From Candidatus Nanosyncoccus sp. (GTDB taxonomy: Bacteria; Patescibacteriota; Saccharimonadia; Saccharimonadales; Saccharimonadaceae): a stretch of DNA of 64,000 nt. Below are positions 22,039 to 29,317 of the stretch, in pieces (the stretch's first letter is position 1; every line of letters begins with the position of its first letter). The notes below the pieces were generated by a model. That model ran no database searches. It was not told the origin of the DNA and saw nothing but the letters and a program-made list of their open reading frames with translations. Position numbers and translations under genes: made by a program. The stretch lies in contig JAZRPQ010000009.1 of NCBI GenBank assembly GCA_045649325.1, forward strand, positions 12,779-76,778, written 5' to 3'.

Positions 22039-22467
22039 TTAGGTGCTTTTGAGCGCCTGCTTTTTGTTCTCCTCGTACTTTGCCCTAGTCAGCGAATACA
22101 TAAAGTCTGTGCACCAGGCTTTTAATGTGTTGTACGAAGGGTCAGCAGTCAGGACGTACTCGATATCATCGAGTTTTTTCTCTAACAGTCTATTTTCGGC
22201 CCACTCCTCAATTTGAGCTAGAGCTTCTTCCTCTGACTCGATTTCAAAGAACTCAAGTTTTGGATACTCAGCCAAGAGATCTTTTGGTACCTTTTTCATC
22301 GAAATTTTGAACTCTTTCTTTTTGGCATAAAGAGTCAAGTATTTAGTGGGCAAATTCCTGAATTCTTCGGCGTTTGTCCGCCATAGAGAAAACAATTTTC
22401 TCTTGTTTTCCTCCAGGATTTGCTGTTTTTTTACCTCTACTCTTTCTCTAAAAAGTTCTTGCGTCAT
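22039..22467 (-). CDS. Hypothetical protein
   Basis: 142-aa charged ORF with SD GGGGGTGA 4 nt upstream of the ATG, plus its own promoter and terminator. No family recognised. Confidence 0.55.
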   Translation of the reverse strand: MTQELFRERVEVKKQQILEENKRKLFSLWRTNAEEFRNLPTKYLTLYAKKKEFKISMKKVPKDLLAEYPKLEFFEIESEEEALAQIEEWAENRLLEKKLDDIEYVLTADPSYNTLKAWCTDFMYSLTRAKYEENKKQALKST

Positions 22468-22519
22468 CTAATCACCCCCCTTCGGCATCTCTGACGCACG
22501 TTTATGGTTACCTATCTTC

Positions 22520-22580
22520 ATTATATCACACTTATGTAATTTTGTCAATGGTTGACAAACCCCTGAGAACAGAGTATAAT
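22520..22580. promoter_or_regulatory. Back-to-back perfect sigma70-type promoters
   Basis: Plus strand: TTGACA (22552-22557), 17 nt, TATAAT (22575-22580). Minus strand: TTGACA (reverse complement of 22543-22548), 17 nt, TATAAT (reverse complement of 22520-22525). The two -35 boxes form the palindrome TTTGTCAAtggTTGACAAA. Confidence 0.75.
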
Positions 22581-22621
22581 AAAGGAGTTACGCACTGATA
22601 TTAGTAAAATTAATAATCGTT

Positions 22622-22699
22622 TTCAAAAATCAGGACATGTGCCTGTTTTTGAAAACACACTCAAAAGGAAAGGTGGAAAGGGAAATGTGTTCCCTTTCC
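22622..22699 (+). promoter_or_regulatory. rplK 5' leader with two hairpins
   Basis: Terminator-like TTCAAAAATCAGG-ACATGTG-CCTGTTTTTGAA (22622-22653) and perfect 10-bp stem GGAAAGGGAA-atgtg-TTCCCTTTCC (22675-22699), the latter ending 10 nt before the ATG. Confidence 0.45.
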
Positions 22700-22709
22700 A
22701 AAAGGATTT

Positions 22710-23141
22710 ATGGCAGAAGCCAAAAAAGTTATCGGTAATTTGAAACTTCGTATCCCTGGTGGTAAGGCCACCGCTGGTCCTCCAGTAGGTTCTACCCTTG
22801 GTCAATGGGGGCTCAACATGATGGATTTTATCAATCCATTCAACGAAGCCACCAAAGATTTTATGGGCAAAAACGTCATTGTCCACATCAAGGTATATGA
22901 TGACCGCACTTTTGACTGGGTTTGTCTCGGCCAGCCAGTTGATGATTTGATTCGCGAAGCGATCAAGATTCAGAAGGGCTCCGGCAAGCCAAACGTCGAC
23001 AAAGTTGGCAAAATCACCCAGGCTCAGCTCGAAGAGATTGCAAACAAAAAGATGGCACAATTAAACGCTGTCGATCTCGATGGCGCCGTCAAAATCGTCG
23101 CCGGCACCGCCCGTTCAATGGGCGTCGAAGTGGTGGAATAA
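22710..23141 (+). CDS. rplK: 50S ribosomal protein L11
   Basis: KLRIPGGKATAGPPVGSTLGQWGLNMMDF, KGSGKPN, typical 143 aa. Confidence 0.95.
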   Translation: MAEAKKVIGNLKLRIPGGKATAGPPVGSTLGQWGLNMMDFINPFNEATKDFMGKNVIVHIKVYDDRTFDWVCLGQPVDDLIREAIKIQKGSGKPNVDKVGKITQAQLEEIANKKMAQLNAVDLDGAVKIVAGTARSMGVEVVE

Positions 23142-23153
23142 CAGCACGAAACT

Positions 23154-23222
23154 CTTTTGAACCCCAACGGGGTTCAAAAGTAATAATCAAAAAATAAATC
23201 AGGACATGCGCCTGATTTATTT
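23154..23222. terminator. Two tandem hairpins between convergent rplK and nusG
   Basis: CTTTTGAACCCC-aac-GGGGTTCAAAAG (23154-23180) and AAATAAATCAGG-acatgcg-CCTGATTTATTT (23192-23222). The second is flanked by A and T runs, so it could act in both directions. Confidence 0.65.
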
Positions 23223-23243
23223 TTCTTACTGGCCTTTTTTGCT

Positions 23244-23271
23244 AAACTTTTTTCCTCCGGAAAAAAAGTTT
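23244..23271 (-). terminator. Hairpin immediately downstream of nusG
   Basis: AAACTTTTTTCC-tcc-GGAAAAAAAGTTT. Confidence 0.5.
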
Positions 23272-23275
23272 AAGT

Positions 23276-23827
23276 TTAATTATTGAGTTGCTTTACTTGT
23301 AGCGCATCGAGCTCTACTGGTGTTTCCCGTCCAAACATTGACACCATCACTTTGAGCTTACCCTTAGCCGCATCAATTTCTGATACTGTACCATCAAAGC
23401 CCTTGAATGGTCCATCAGTAATCGATACTACTTCCCCGATTTCGTACTTCACTGAGAACTTCGGATCTTCTACGCCCATGCGCTTCTTGATCTTGGCGAT
23501 TTCTTTCTCAGAAACTGGGGTCGGTTGTGTGCCGGTACCAATAAATCCAGTCACACCTGGGGTATTTCTGATAATATACCAAGTCCCATCCGAAAGCTTC
23601 ATATTCACTAGTACGTAGCCCTGAAGAATCTTCCGGTCCACCACTTTTCTTTTACCATTTTTAATTTCAATCTGCTTTTCTTTTGGCACGATTGCCTCAA
23701 AAATCTTGTTGGCCATTTCTACGCTCCCCACACGCTGATTGATAGAATCCGCCACTTTGTCTTCATAGCCAGAGTAGGTAGAGATCGCGTACCATGCTCT
23801 AGTGTCATCATATCTGTTTACTGCCAT
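23276..23827 (-). CDS. nusG: Transcription termination/antitermination factor NusG
   Basis: WYAISTYSGYEDKV NGN domain and KOW motif (GEVVSITDGPFKGFDGTV). Confidence 0.95.
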   Translation of the reverse strand: MAVNRYDDTRAWYAISTYSGYEDKVADSINQRVGSVEMANKIFEAIVPKEKQIEIKNGKRKVVDRKILQGYVLVNMKLSDGTWYIIRNTPGVTGFIGTGTQPTPVSEKEIAKIKKRMGVEDPKFSVKYEIGEVVSITDGPFKGFDGTVSEIDAAKGKLKVMVSMFGRETPVELDALQVKQLNN

Positions 23828-23845
23828 ATTTTCTCCTTTAAATCC

Positions 23846-24166
23846 TTATTTTATAATTAAACTAAATAGCCATGTAAAGAACAGGTCAAGTAGCGAAATA
23901 ATTGCTACAAACAGTGCGGTATAGACAAACACCGCGAGTACCATTTTCCAGGTGGCTTTGCGATTTGGCCATCTGACCTGCCGGATTTCTTTCCAAGAAT
24001 CACGTAGATATCGTCCTAGCGCCACGAATGGCCTAAACAGGATAAAGACTTTTTTGCTCTCTTTTTTCGCTGCCTTTTCTTGGACAATTGGTGGCTCGTC
24101 GATATGATCCGCCGGTTTTTCCTTCCGCGGAGTATCGTTCGCCTTAATTCTGGTAATTTTTGCCAT
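23846..24166 (-). CDS. secE: Preprotein translocase subunit SecE
   Basis: Single C-terminal TM helix preceded by LRDSWKEIRQVRWPNRKAT, position upstream of nusG. Start set at ATG 24166 (MAKITRIK), preceded by AAAGGAG. Confidence 0.8.
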   Translation of the reverse strand: MAKITRIKANDTPRKEKPADHIDEPPIVQEKAAKKESKKVFILFRPFVALGRYLRDSWKEIRQVRWPNRKATWKMVLAVFVYTALFVAIISLLDLFFTWLFSLIIK

Positions 24167-24257
24167 TAAACTCCTTTGTTTAAAAAAAGTCTGTTTACCA
24201 GACTTGTCAATATTATAGCACGCGTCAAGCCGAATTTCAAGGACAATTTTAAAAAAC

Positions 24258-24281
24258 GAGCCCCTAAACATCAAGGGGCTC
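24258..24281 (-). terminator. Intrinsic terminator after the 24284..24865 gene
   Basis: GAGCCCCT / AGGGGCTC stem, followed on the minus strand by GTTTTTT. Confidence 0.65.
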
Positions 24282-24283
24282 TT

Positions 24284-24865
24284 TTACTGGCAAAAGCCAG
24301 CATAGGAAAGTGTAGCGGCAAAAACTTCGTTAGGATGGGCAAAAAGCGATTTGAGTGGCGATATCCAATATATATAGCTATTGTCGTCTATCCCACTGGC
24401 CTCTTCCATGTAGATAGGGTCGGCATTTACAATCAAAAGCACCTTATTAACGGTAAAAGAATTAGTCGCCATCCGACAGAGCAAATACTTTTTCTCGGCA
24501 GGCTCCACCAGCTCATCAAACCGAAAGATCGTATACTCGCTCTCATCCTGGAGGATTGCGCTCCCTACAATTGCCTCTACTCCCGCAGTGCGGATCGAAG
24601 GCATCACTGGCGCTTCGATCAGGCGGCTAAAATGTGCTATCGCTTCAGACAAGTCGACAAAGTATTCTTCAAAAGTTTTTGGAAAAACCTGATTGTAGTT
24701 GCTAGAACCAACACTAGTCGGAATCACAATCCCTAAACTCTTTGGAATCTGTTTATCAAAGTCGTAAACGATCCAGCCATCTTCGCCAAATGCCACACTC
24801 GGATGTAGTCCTGGAAAAATGTACTTCACAATTTTTTCACTTAATTTGATTTTTGCCTTTGTCAT
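24284..24865 (-). CDS. Hypothetical protein
   Basis: ORF with strong SD AAAGGAGGGGAGAGG directly upstream of ATG 24865 (MTKAKIKL). The listed longer start at 24904 is unlikely. No family recognised. Confidence 0.55.
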   Translation of the reverse strand: MTKAKIKLSEKIVKYIFPGLHPSVAFGEDGWIVYDFDKQIPKSLGIVIPTSVGSSNYNQVFPKTFEEYFVDLSEAIAHFSRLIEAPVMPSIRTAGVEAIVGSAILQDESEYTIFRFDELVEPAEKKYLLCRMATNSFTVNKVLLIVNADPIYMEEASGIDDNSYIYWISPLKSLFAHPNEVFAATLSYAGFCQ

Positions 24866-24954
24866 CCTCTCCCCTCCTTTCAAAAAAACAAAAACCTCTT
24901 GCAACTGCTTAAATTATAACACAATCTGCCAGAAAGGTAAAATCTTGATGATTT

Positions 24955-26703
24955 TTATTCCGGCAACAGATAACTGAGATAGTCCGAAAGCATTCTAGAC
25001 CCAGAAATCACCGGTAGAAACTCCGCAAGCTGTGTCCTCATCAAGACTTCTAGGTCGAACCCGTTCTGCCAGGCGTTCGCGGCTTCCTCCATCCTTCGGT
25101 AGAGCTCACTTACTTCTTCGTCTTCATTCGCCCCATAAACATTGAGATACGAAGAAGACGACCCGTCTGCCACTCCCCCATCGTGCGTCGAGACTAGCAG
25201 GTTCAAATTTGCTACATCCTTTTCCCAAGACGTCCCGCAGGCCTCTAGTCCTACGATCGGCACATTGATCGCTACATTCGACCCCACCGACAGCGCATAG
25301 GCTAGCTCCTCGTCATAATCCGCAATGTAATGCACGTGCGTCCGGAGATAATCATCAGAATCCACCGCTAAGAGGACATCCGACAAGATAGACGCCATCC
25401 TCGTGTCCCCAGTATGTACTCGCCCAGCTAAAATATAGTGCGCATTGTAAGGCTCCAGCACTGCCCTAAGCCTCGTAGGATCGCGAAACGGCAAATTTGG
25501 CCGCTTATAATCCACAAATCGCCTCTTAAAATCAAATAGTAACTCCTTCGACTCAAAATGTAGGATTTCTCCGTTCTGATCTGGCCGTTTTGACAGTACC
25601 GAGTTCAAAATCCCTCGCCCGAGCTCTTTGAGGCTCAGAATTTCATCCGAAGAAAGCGCTGTTAGTTTTTCCGCAAAATCCATCGTTGGCATGTCGTATT
25701 CGTCCAGAATTTCGTCTTTATGATAGAGCTCCATAATCTCCGGCAGCACCCATTTTTTCATATCAATCCCATTGGTGATCGCCTTAAATTTTACTCTCTC
25801 TCCAGCGATGTCGTGATAGTTTGCTACCCTAGCATGGAGTTTTGATACGCCCGAACGTAGTTCTGCGATCTCAATCGTCACTGAGGAGAGTCGGATTTTT
25901 CCGTCTTCAAATTTGTCTCGCAACCATTTTCTCACCGCCTTAGACTTGAGATTCGGAAAAACAAATCTCTCAAACTGCTCCAAAGAAAACTCCGCCTCTG
26001 CCGCCTGTACGAGAGTGTGGTTAGTATATAGAGTGTGTTTACGAGTATATACTACCGCTTCATAGAAATCCATCCCGTTTGATGCTAACTCGTCTAATCT
26101 TACCAGCGCCGCAAAAAACGTTGCCACTTCATTTAGCTGCATAATAGCAGGTTTAATCCCGAGCAGCTTCAAAGCTAGATACCCACCAAACCCAAGCGAG
26201 ACTTCTTGATAAAGCCGATGGTCAGACCCGCTCATTCCAGAGTATAGCTCGCCAAAATTCGGCTCAGTGATAGCCACAATCCGAGTGTTTTCAAAAGTTT
26301 TTTCGACCACTTCCAGCCGGCACAAATTCCCACAACATTTTACAAAAACATCATCTATGTGTCGGAATCCAAAATCCGCATAATTCACTGGCCTATGCAA
26401 ATCTACAATCTGCCCATTTTCCCATTTTTGGTGTGTCTCCGACGGATAAAATGGCGTCACTAACACAAAAGGTACGCCTACTTGCTCCGCAATACGCCTC
26501 GTATCTGCCGCCAGTATCCCTAGTCCCCCGCCTCCACGGATACCGTTACCCTGATCGTATAGTTCCAAAGTCCAGTAGGTATAAGGCCGGTCGCTTGAAA
26601 GCTTGTGGTTGAAAACTCTTCTATCAATCGCTGTTTCAAAAATCTCTGTATCTTCGATATTTTCTAAAGGATGATAAAAATACCCACTGTCATTATCATT
26701 CAT
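24955..26703 (-). CDS. Alpha-glucan phosphorylase family protein (GT35, short form)
   Basis: GGGGLGILAADT N-terminal motif and EACGTSWEK PLP-lysine region typical of GT35 alpha-glucan phosphorylases. Confidence 0.78.
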   Translation of the reverse strand: MNDNDSGYFYHPLENIEDTEIFETAIDRRVFNHKLSSDRPYTYWTLELYDQGNGIRGGGGLGILAADTRRIAEQVGVPFVLVTPFYPSETHQKWENGQIVDLHRPVNYADFGFRHIDDVFVKCCGNLCRLEVVEKTFENTRIVAITEPNFGELYSGMSGSDHRLYQEVSLGFGGYLALKLLGIKPAIMQLNEVATFFAALVRLDELASNGMDFYEAVVYTRKHTLYTNHTLVQAAEAEFSLEQFERFVFPNLKSKAVRKWLRDKFEDGKIRLSSVTIEIAELRSGVSKLHARVANYHDIAGERVKFKAITNGIDMKKWVLPEIMELYHKDEILDEYDMPTMDFAEKLTALSSDEILSLKELGRGILNSVLSKRPDQNGEILHFESKELLFDFKRRFVDYKRPNLPFRDPTRLRAVLEPYNAHYILAGRVHTGDTRMASILSDVLLAVDSDDYLRTHVHYIADYDEELAYALSVGSNVAINVPIVGLEACGTSWEKDVANLNLLVSTHDGGVADGSSSSYLNVYGANEDEEVSELYRRMEEAANAWQNGFDLEVLMRTQLAEFLPVISGSRMLSDYLSYLLPE

Positions 26704-26730
26704 GGCTTTAATTATACCACAAAAATCTTT

Positions 26731-27690
26731 CTAAACCCAGAACTCTTTTGGTAATTTGTCTGCGATTCTCTTATGAAATTCCCAATCAAACCCTTCTAGC
26801 TTGTCTGGAGTTTTGTCTTTATTGAAGTATTTGCCCCGGATATAATCAGCTGTCATTACTTCTCCCGGTATCAAAGTGTATTTTTTGCGGATATTGAGGC
26901 CTCTCTTGTAATTTTTAGGTGGCAAAACCGCCATTGGTAAGAAATCGCAATTCATCTCTGGATCTTGATAAAGCCGAAGAGCCAGGACGCTCATGGTCGG
27001 AATTACCTCTTCCTTACCCTCATAGACCGCCTGAGATTTAAATACCTTAGCCTGTCTTGTAGCAGACGGCGCCACAAATATCACACCACCGTTTTTGATT
27101 GTTTCGTGGGACAAATCCGTGTATATATCTCGAAACTCGCGCTTGATTCTATTCCCCTGTTCATAAAGGAACGTGCCTTTTTTAAGCTTCATTTTGGCCC
27201 AAGTCGAAGGCGTAATCGTCGGGGTAATAATGATCCCGAGCATTTTGATCTCGTCATAAAACGGCGCGAGAGCTTCATACCACGGCAAATTCACCGGGAA
27301 AAGCATCAAAGATTCTCCCATCACATCTGCCTTCATCAGCATGATTCGCCCAATTTCACCAAGAGACGGATGGTTAAACCCTACCACTAGCCCCTTCTTA
27401 GTATCCTTTGGGAAACCTTTATATTCTCCCGGAGCAATTTTAGATAGCCCCTTCACCATTTTCTTGCGCGCATTTTTAGAGTGCTTCTTAGGGTCTCCTT
27501 TTGGTCCAGTCGTTTTGACAAAATAATCTACCGCCGCTTTGCAGACCTTCCCTACCGGCACCATTTCCTTGCGCAAGTTCTCCGCGCCGAGTGTCTTTAG
27601 CAAAGAATAATTTTCGTAAATAATCTTGCGATTAATTTCCCCCGCAGAAAGAGTCTCTAACTCTTCTTTAGTAAAAATTTTTTTACTCAT
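26731..27690 (-). CDS. Putative acyltransferase (PlsC/LPLAT-like, divergent)
   Basis: FNHPSLGE (H-x4-E variant of the H-x4-D motif) and FVAPSATRQ (resembles the FPEGTR block). Weak recognition only. Confidence 0.35.
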   Translation of the reverse strand: MSKKIFTKEELETLSAGEINRKIIYENYSLLKTLGAENLRKEMVPVGKVCKAAVDYFVKTTGPKGDPKKHSKNARKKMVKGLSKIAPGEYKGFPKDTKKGLVVGFNHPSLGEIGRIMLMKADVMGESLMLFPVNLPWYEALAPFYDEIKMLGIIITPTITPSTWAKMKLKKGTFLYEQGNRIKREFRDIYTDLSHETIKNGGVIFVAPSATRQAKVFKSQAVYEGKEEVIPTMSVLALRLYQDPEMNCDFLPMAVLPPKNYKRGLNIRKKYTLIPGEVMTADYIRGKYFNKDKTPDKLEGFDWEFHKRIADKLPKEFWV

Positions 27691-27752
27691 AACCTAATTA
27701 TAGCATTTTTTTTAAAAATATGGTAAAATATAAAAGACCAGATGATACATAC

Positions 27753-27827
27753 TGGGGATTCGCCAAGTGGTAAGGCACTGGGTTCTGGTCCCAGCATTCG
27801 GGGGTTCGAATCCCTCATCCCCAGCCA
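27753..27827 (+). tRNA. tRNA-Gln (anticodon CTG)
   Basis: Folded by hand: acceptor TGGGGAT/ATCCCCA, anticodon stem CTGGG/CCCAG with loop TTCTGGT, T-arm GGGGG-TTCGAAT-CCCTC, encoded CCA. Confidence 0.9.
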
Positions 27828-27834
27828 GGAATGT

Positions 27835-27861
27835 AAAAAATGACCCGAAGGGTCGTTTTTT
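27835..27861 (+). terminator. Terminator after tRNA-Gln
   Basis: AAAAAAT-GACCC-gaa-GGGTC-GTTTTTT. Confidence 0.6.
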
Positions 27862-27883
27862 AGATTCCTCGTTAGAGGAATCA

Positions 27884-27955
27884 GGGGTTCGAACCCCCAG
27901 GCGGGTTCGAACGGAGGAGCGAAGCGACGACGTCCCTATCCCTCATCCCCAGCCA
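27884..27955 (+). repeat. tRNA-derived debris ending in an exact 18-nt copy of the tRNA-Gln 3' end
   Basis: Two T-arm-like GGTTCGAA segments (27885-27898, 27903-27912). ATCCCTCATCCCCAGCCA at 27938-27955 is identical to 27810-27827. Confidence 0.7.
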
Positions 27956-27964
27956 AAAGAAAAA

Positions 27965-27988
27965 TTGAGAGCTTGCTCTCATATTTTT
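27965..27988 (+). terminator. Hairpin plus T-run
   Basis: TGAGAG-cttg-CTCTCA followed by TATTTTTT. Confidence 0.5.
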
Positions 27989-28015
27989 TAAACTATGCAA
28001 TTTTAGCATAATCCT

Positions 28016-28045
28016 ATTGAATTTTCTTGCAGAATGTGCTATAAT
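28016..28045 (+). promoter_or_regulatory. Promoter of the GGDEF gene
   Basis: TTGAAA (28016-28021), 18 nt, TGTGCTATAAT (TATAAT at 28040-28045). Leaves a ~95-nt leader containing two ATTAGTAyAGAGA repeats. Confidence 0.55.
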
Positions 28046-28139
28046 AGACAAATGGGCCCTCGATTAGTATAGAGAGCAGTAATTTAAAAATCATTAGTAC
28101 AGAGACAAAGGGGGATATTTTTTTGAAAGGGGTGGAAGA

Positions 28140-29249
28140 ATGAAAAATATCACAAAAGAAAGGATTGTAGATATTTTGCTCTACGCAGGTGTAGGGCCAG
28201 ATAACTACGAAATGGTAAAGCCTGCCATCATCAGAGCGAACAGAATTGCGGTCAAAGCCCTATCGACTGCTGCTGCGATTCTTATTGCCGTCATGTTGAT
28301 TGGCGCTTTTAGGATGCAAGGCATCCGAAGCAATCAGATTGTCTACTTAGTCGGTCTGATTATCACTGGAGCTATGGCTATTTGCTCCATCAAGCTAGAT
28401 CGGGCCTCTTTGGTCAGACCCATGGTTTATTTGTGTTATTCCGTATTTTACCTTTACGGGATTATGATCGGAACGATCACTGACCCAGGCGAGAAGACCG
28501 TCACCTTTATGGTGATGCTAGTGCTGATGCCAATGGTGTTCGTAGATCGGCCTTTGCACGTTTTCTTCGTCTCATCGGCATACATAGCTCTTTTTATTGG
28601 GCTATGTCTTCATACCAAGACCGGCAATGCTCTCGAGAACGACATCATTGATGCAATCGTTTTTGGTATGCTGGGTATGACTACTGGTGTGCTTAGTGAT
28701 TACATCAAGATACATGGCTATGTAGACCAAATCCGATTGAAAGAGATTTGCCTCAAGCTTAGGGACAAATCTCGTGTTGATGCGCTGACTGATATGCAGA
28801 ATCGTAACGCTTACGAAGCCGATTTTTGCAAAGTCGCCAAGCGCTGCGAGGAATCACTCGGCTGCATCTATATAGACGTTAATGGTCTGAAGGACCTAAA
28901 CGACACGCTCGGTCACGAAGAAGGCGACAAAATGCTCAAGGTCGTCGCTGACTGCGTCAAGAAATACTTCGGAGAGGAGTTTTCTTATCGCGTCGGTGGA
29001 GACGAATTTGTCTCCTTTGTCATAGATCCCAAAAGCTACGGGATTAAAGACATGGTGGATGATTTCCTCGCCGAGATTCATAATTGGGATTATTATGCAT
29101 CCGTGGGCTGGAAAATCCACAAACTAGATACGCTCTCGATGAAGGATCTAATCGCCGGCGCCGAGAGTGAAATGTATAAAAAGAAGGTAGACTTCTACAA
29201 ACAGGTCGGTTTCGATCGGCGTAGCAGTCATAACCATACTAATGACTAA
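28140..29249 (+). CDS. Membrane-bound diguanylate cyclase (GGDEF domain)
   Basis: About 6 N-terminal TM helices, then DALTDMQNRNAY...YIDVNGLKDLNDTLGHEEGD...RVGGDEFV, with the GGDEF active site intact. Confidence 0.85.
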   Translation: MKNITKERIVDILLYAGVGPDNYEMVKPAIIRANRIAVKALSTAAAILIAVMLIGAFRMQGIRSNQIVYLVGLIITGAMAICSIKLDRASLVRPMVYLCYSVFYLYGIMIGTITDPGEKTVTFMVMLVLMPMVFVDRPLHVFFVSSAYIALFIGLCLHTKTGNALENDIIDAIVFGMLGMTTGVLSDYIKIHGYVDQIRLKEICLKLRDKSRVDALTDMQNRNAYEADFCKVAKRCEESLGCIYIDVNGLKDLNDTLGHEEGDKMLKVVADCVKKYFGEEFSYRVGGDEFVSFVIDPKSYGIKDMVDDFLAEIHNWDYYASVGWKIHKLDTLSMKDLIAGAESEMYKKKVDFYKQVGFDRRSSHNHTND

Positions 29250-29251
29250 AT

Positions 29252-29286
29252 AAAAAGGTCGCTTTCTCATTTGAAGCGGCCTTTTT
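29252..29286. terminator. Bidirectional terminator between convergent genes
   Basis: AGGTCGCTT / AAGCGGCCT stem (one G-U pair), flanked by AAAAA and TTTTT. Confidence 0.6.
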
Positions 29287-29317
29287 CATGCCCTCACAAC
29301 CCCCAAAATCTTAAAAT

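Noticed and set aside
22623-23060. 145-aa minus-strand ORF that would restore a minus-strand gene at the rplK position.
   Set aside because: It is antisense to an unmistakable L11 sequence on the plus strand and has no recognisable motifs.
24176-24736. 186-aa plus-strand ORF.
   Set aside because: It is antisense to the 24284..24865 ORF, which has a strong SD and a terminator. The plus-strand ORF would begin inside the secE promoter region and has no start signals.
27767-27991. 74-aa plus-strand ORF.
   Set aside because: It starts inside tRNA-Gln and runs through terminators and tRNA debris, so it is not coding.
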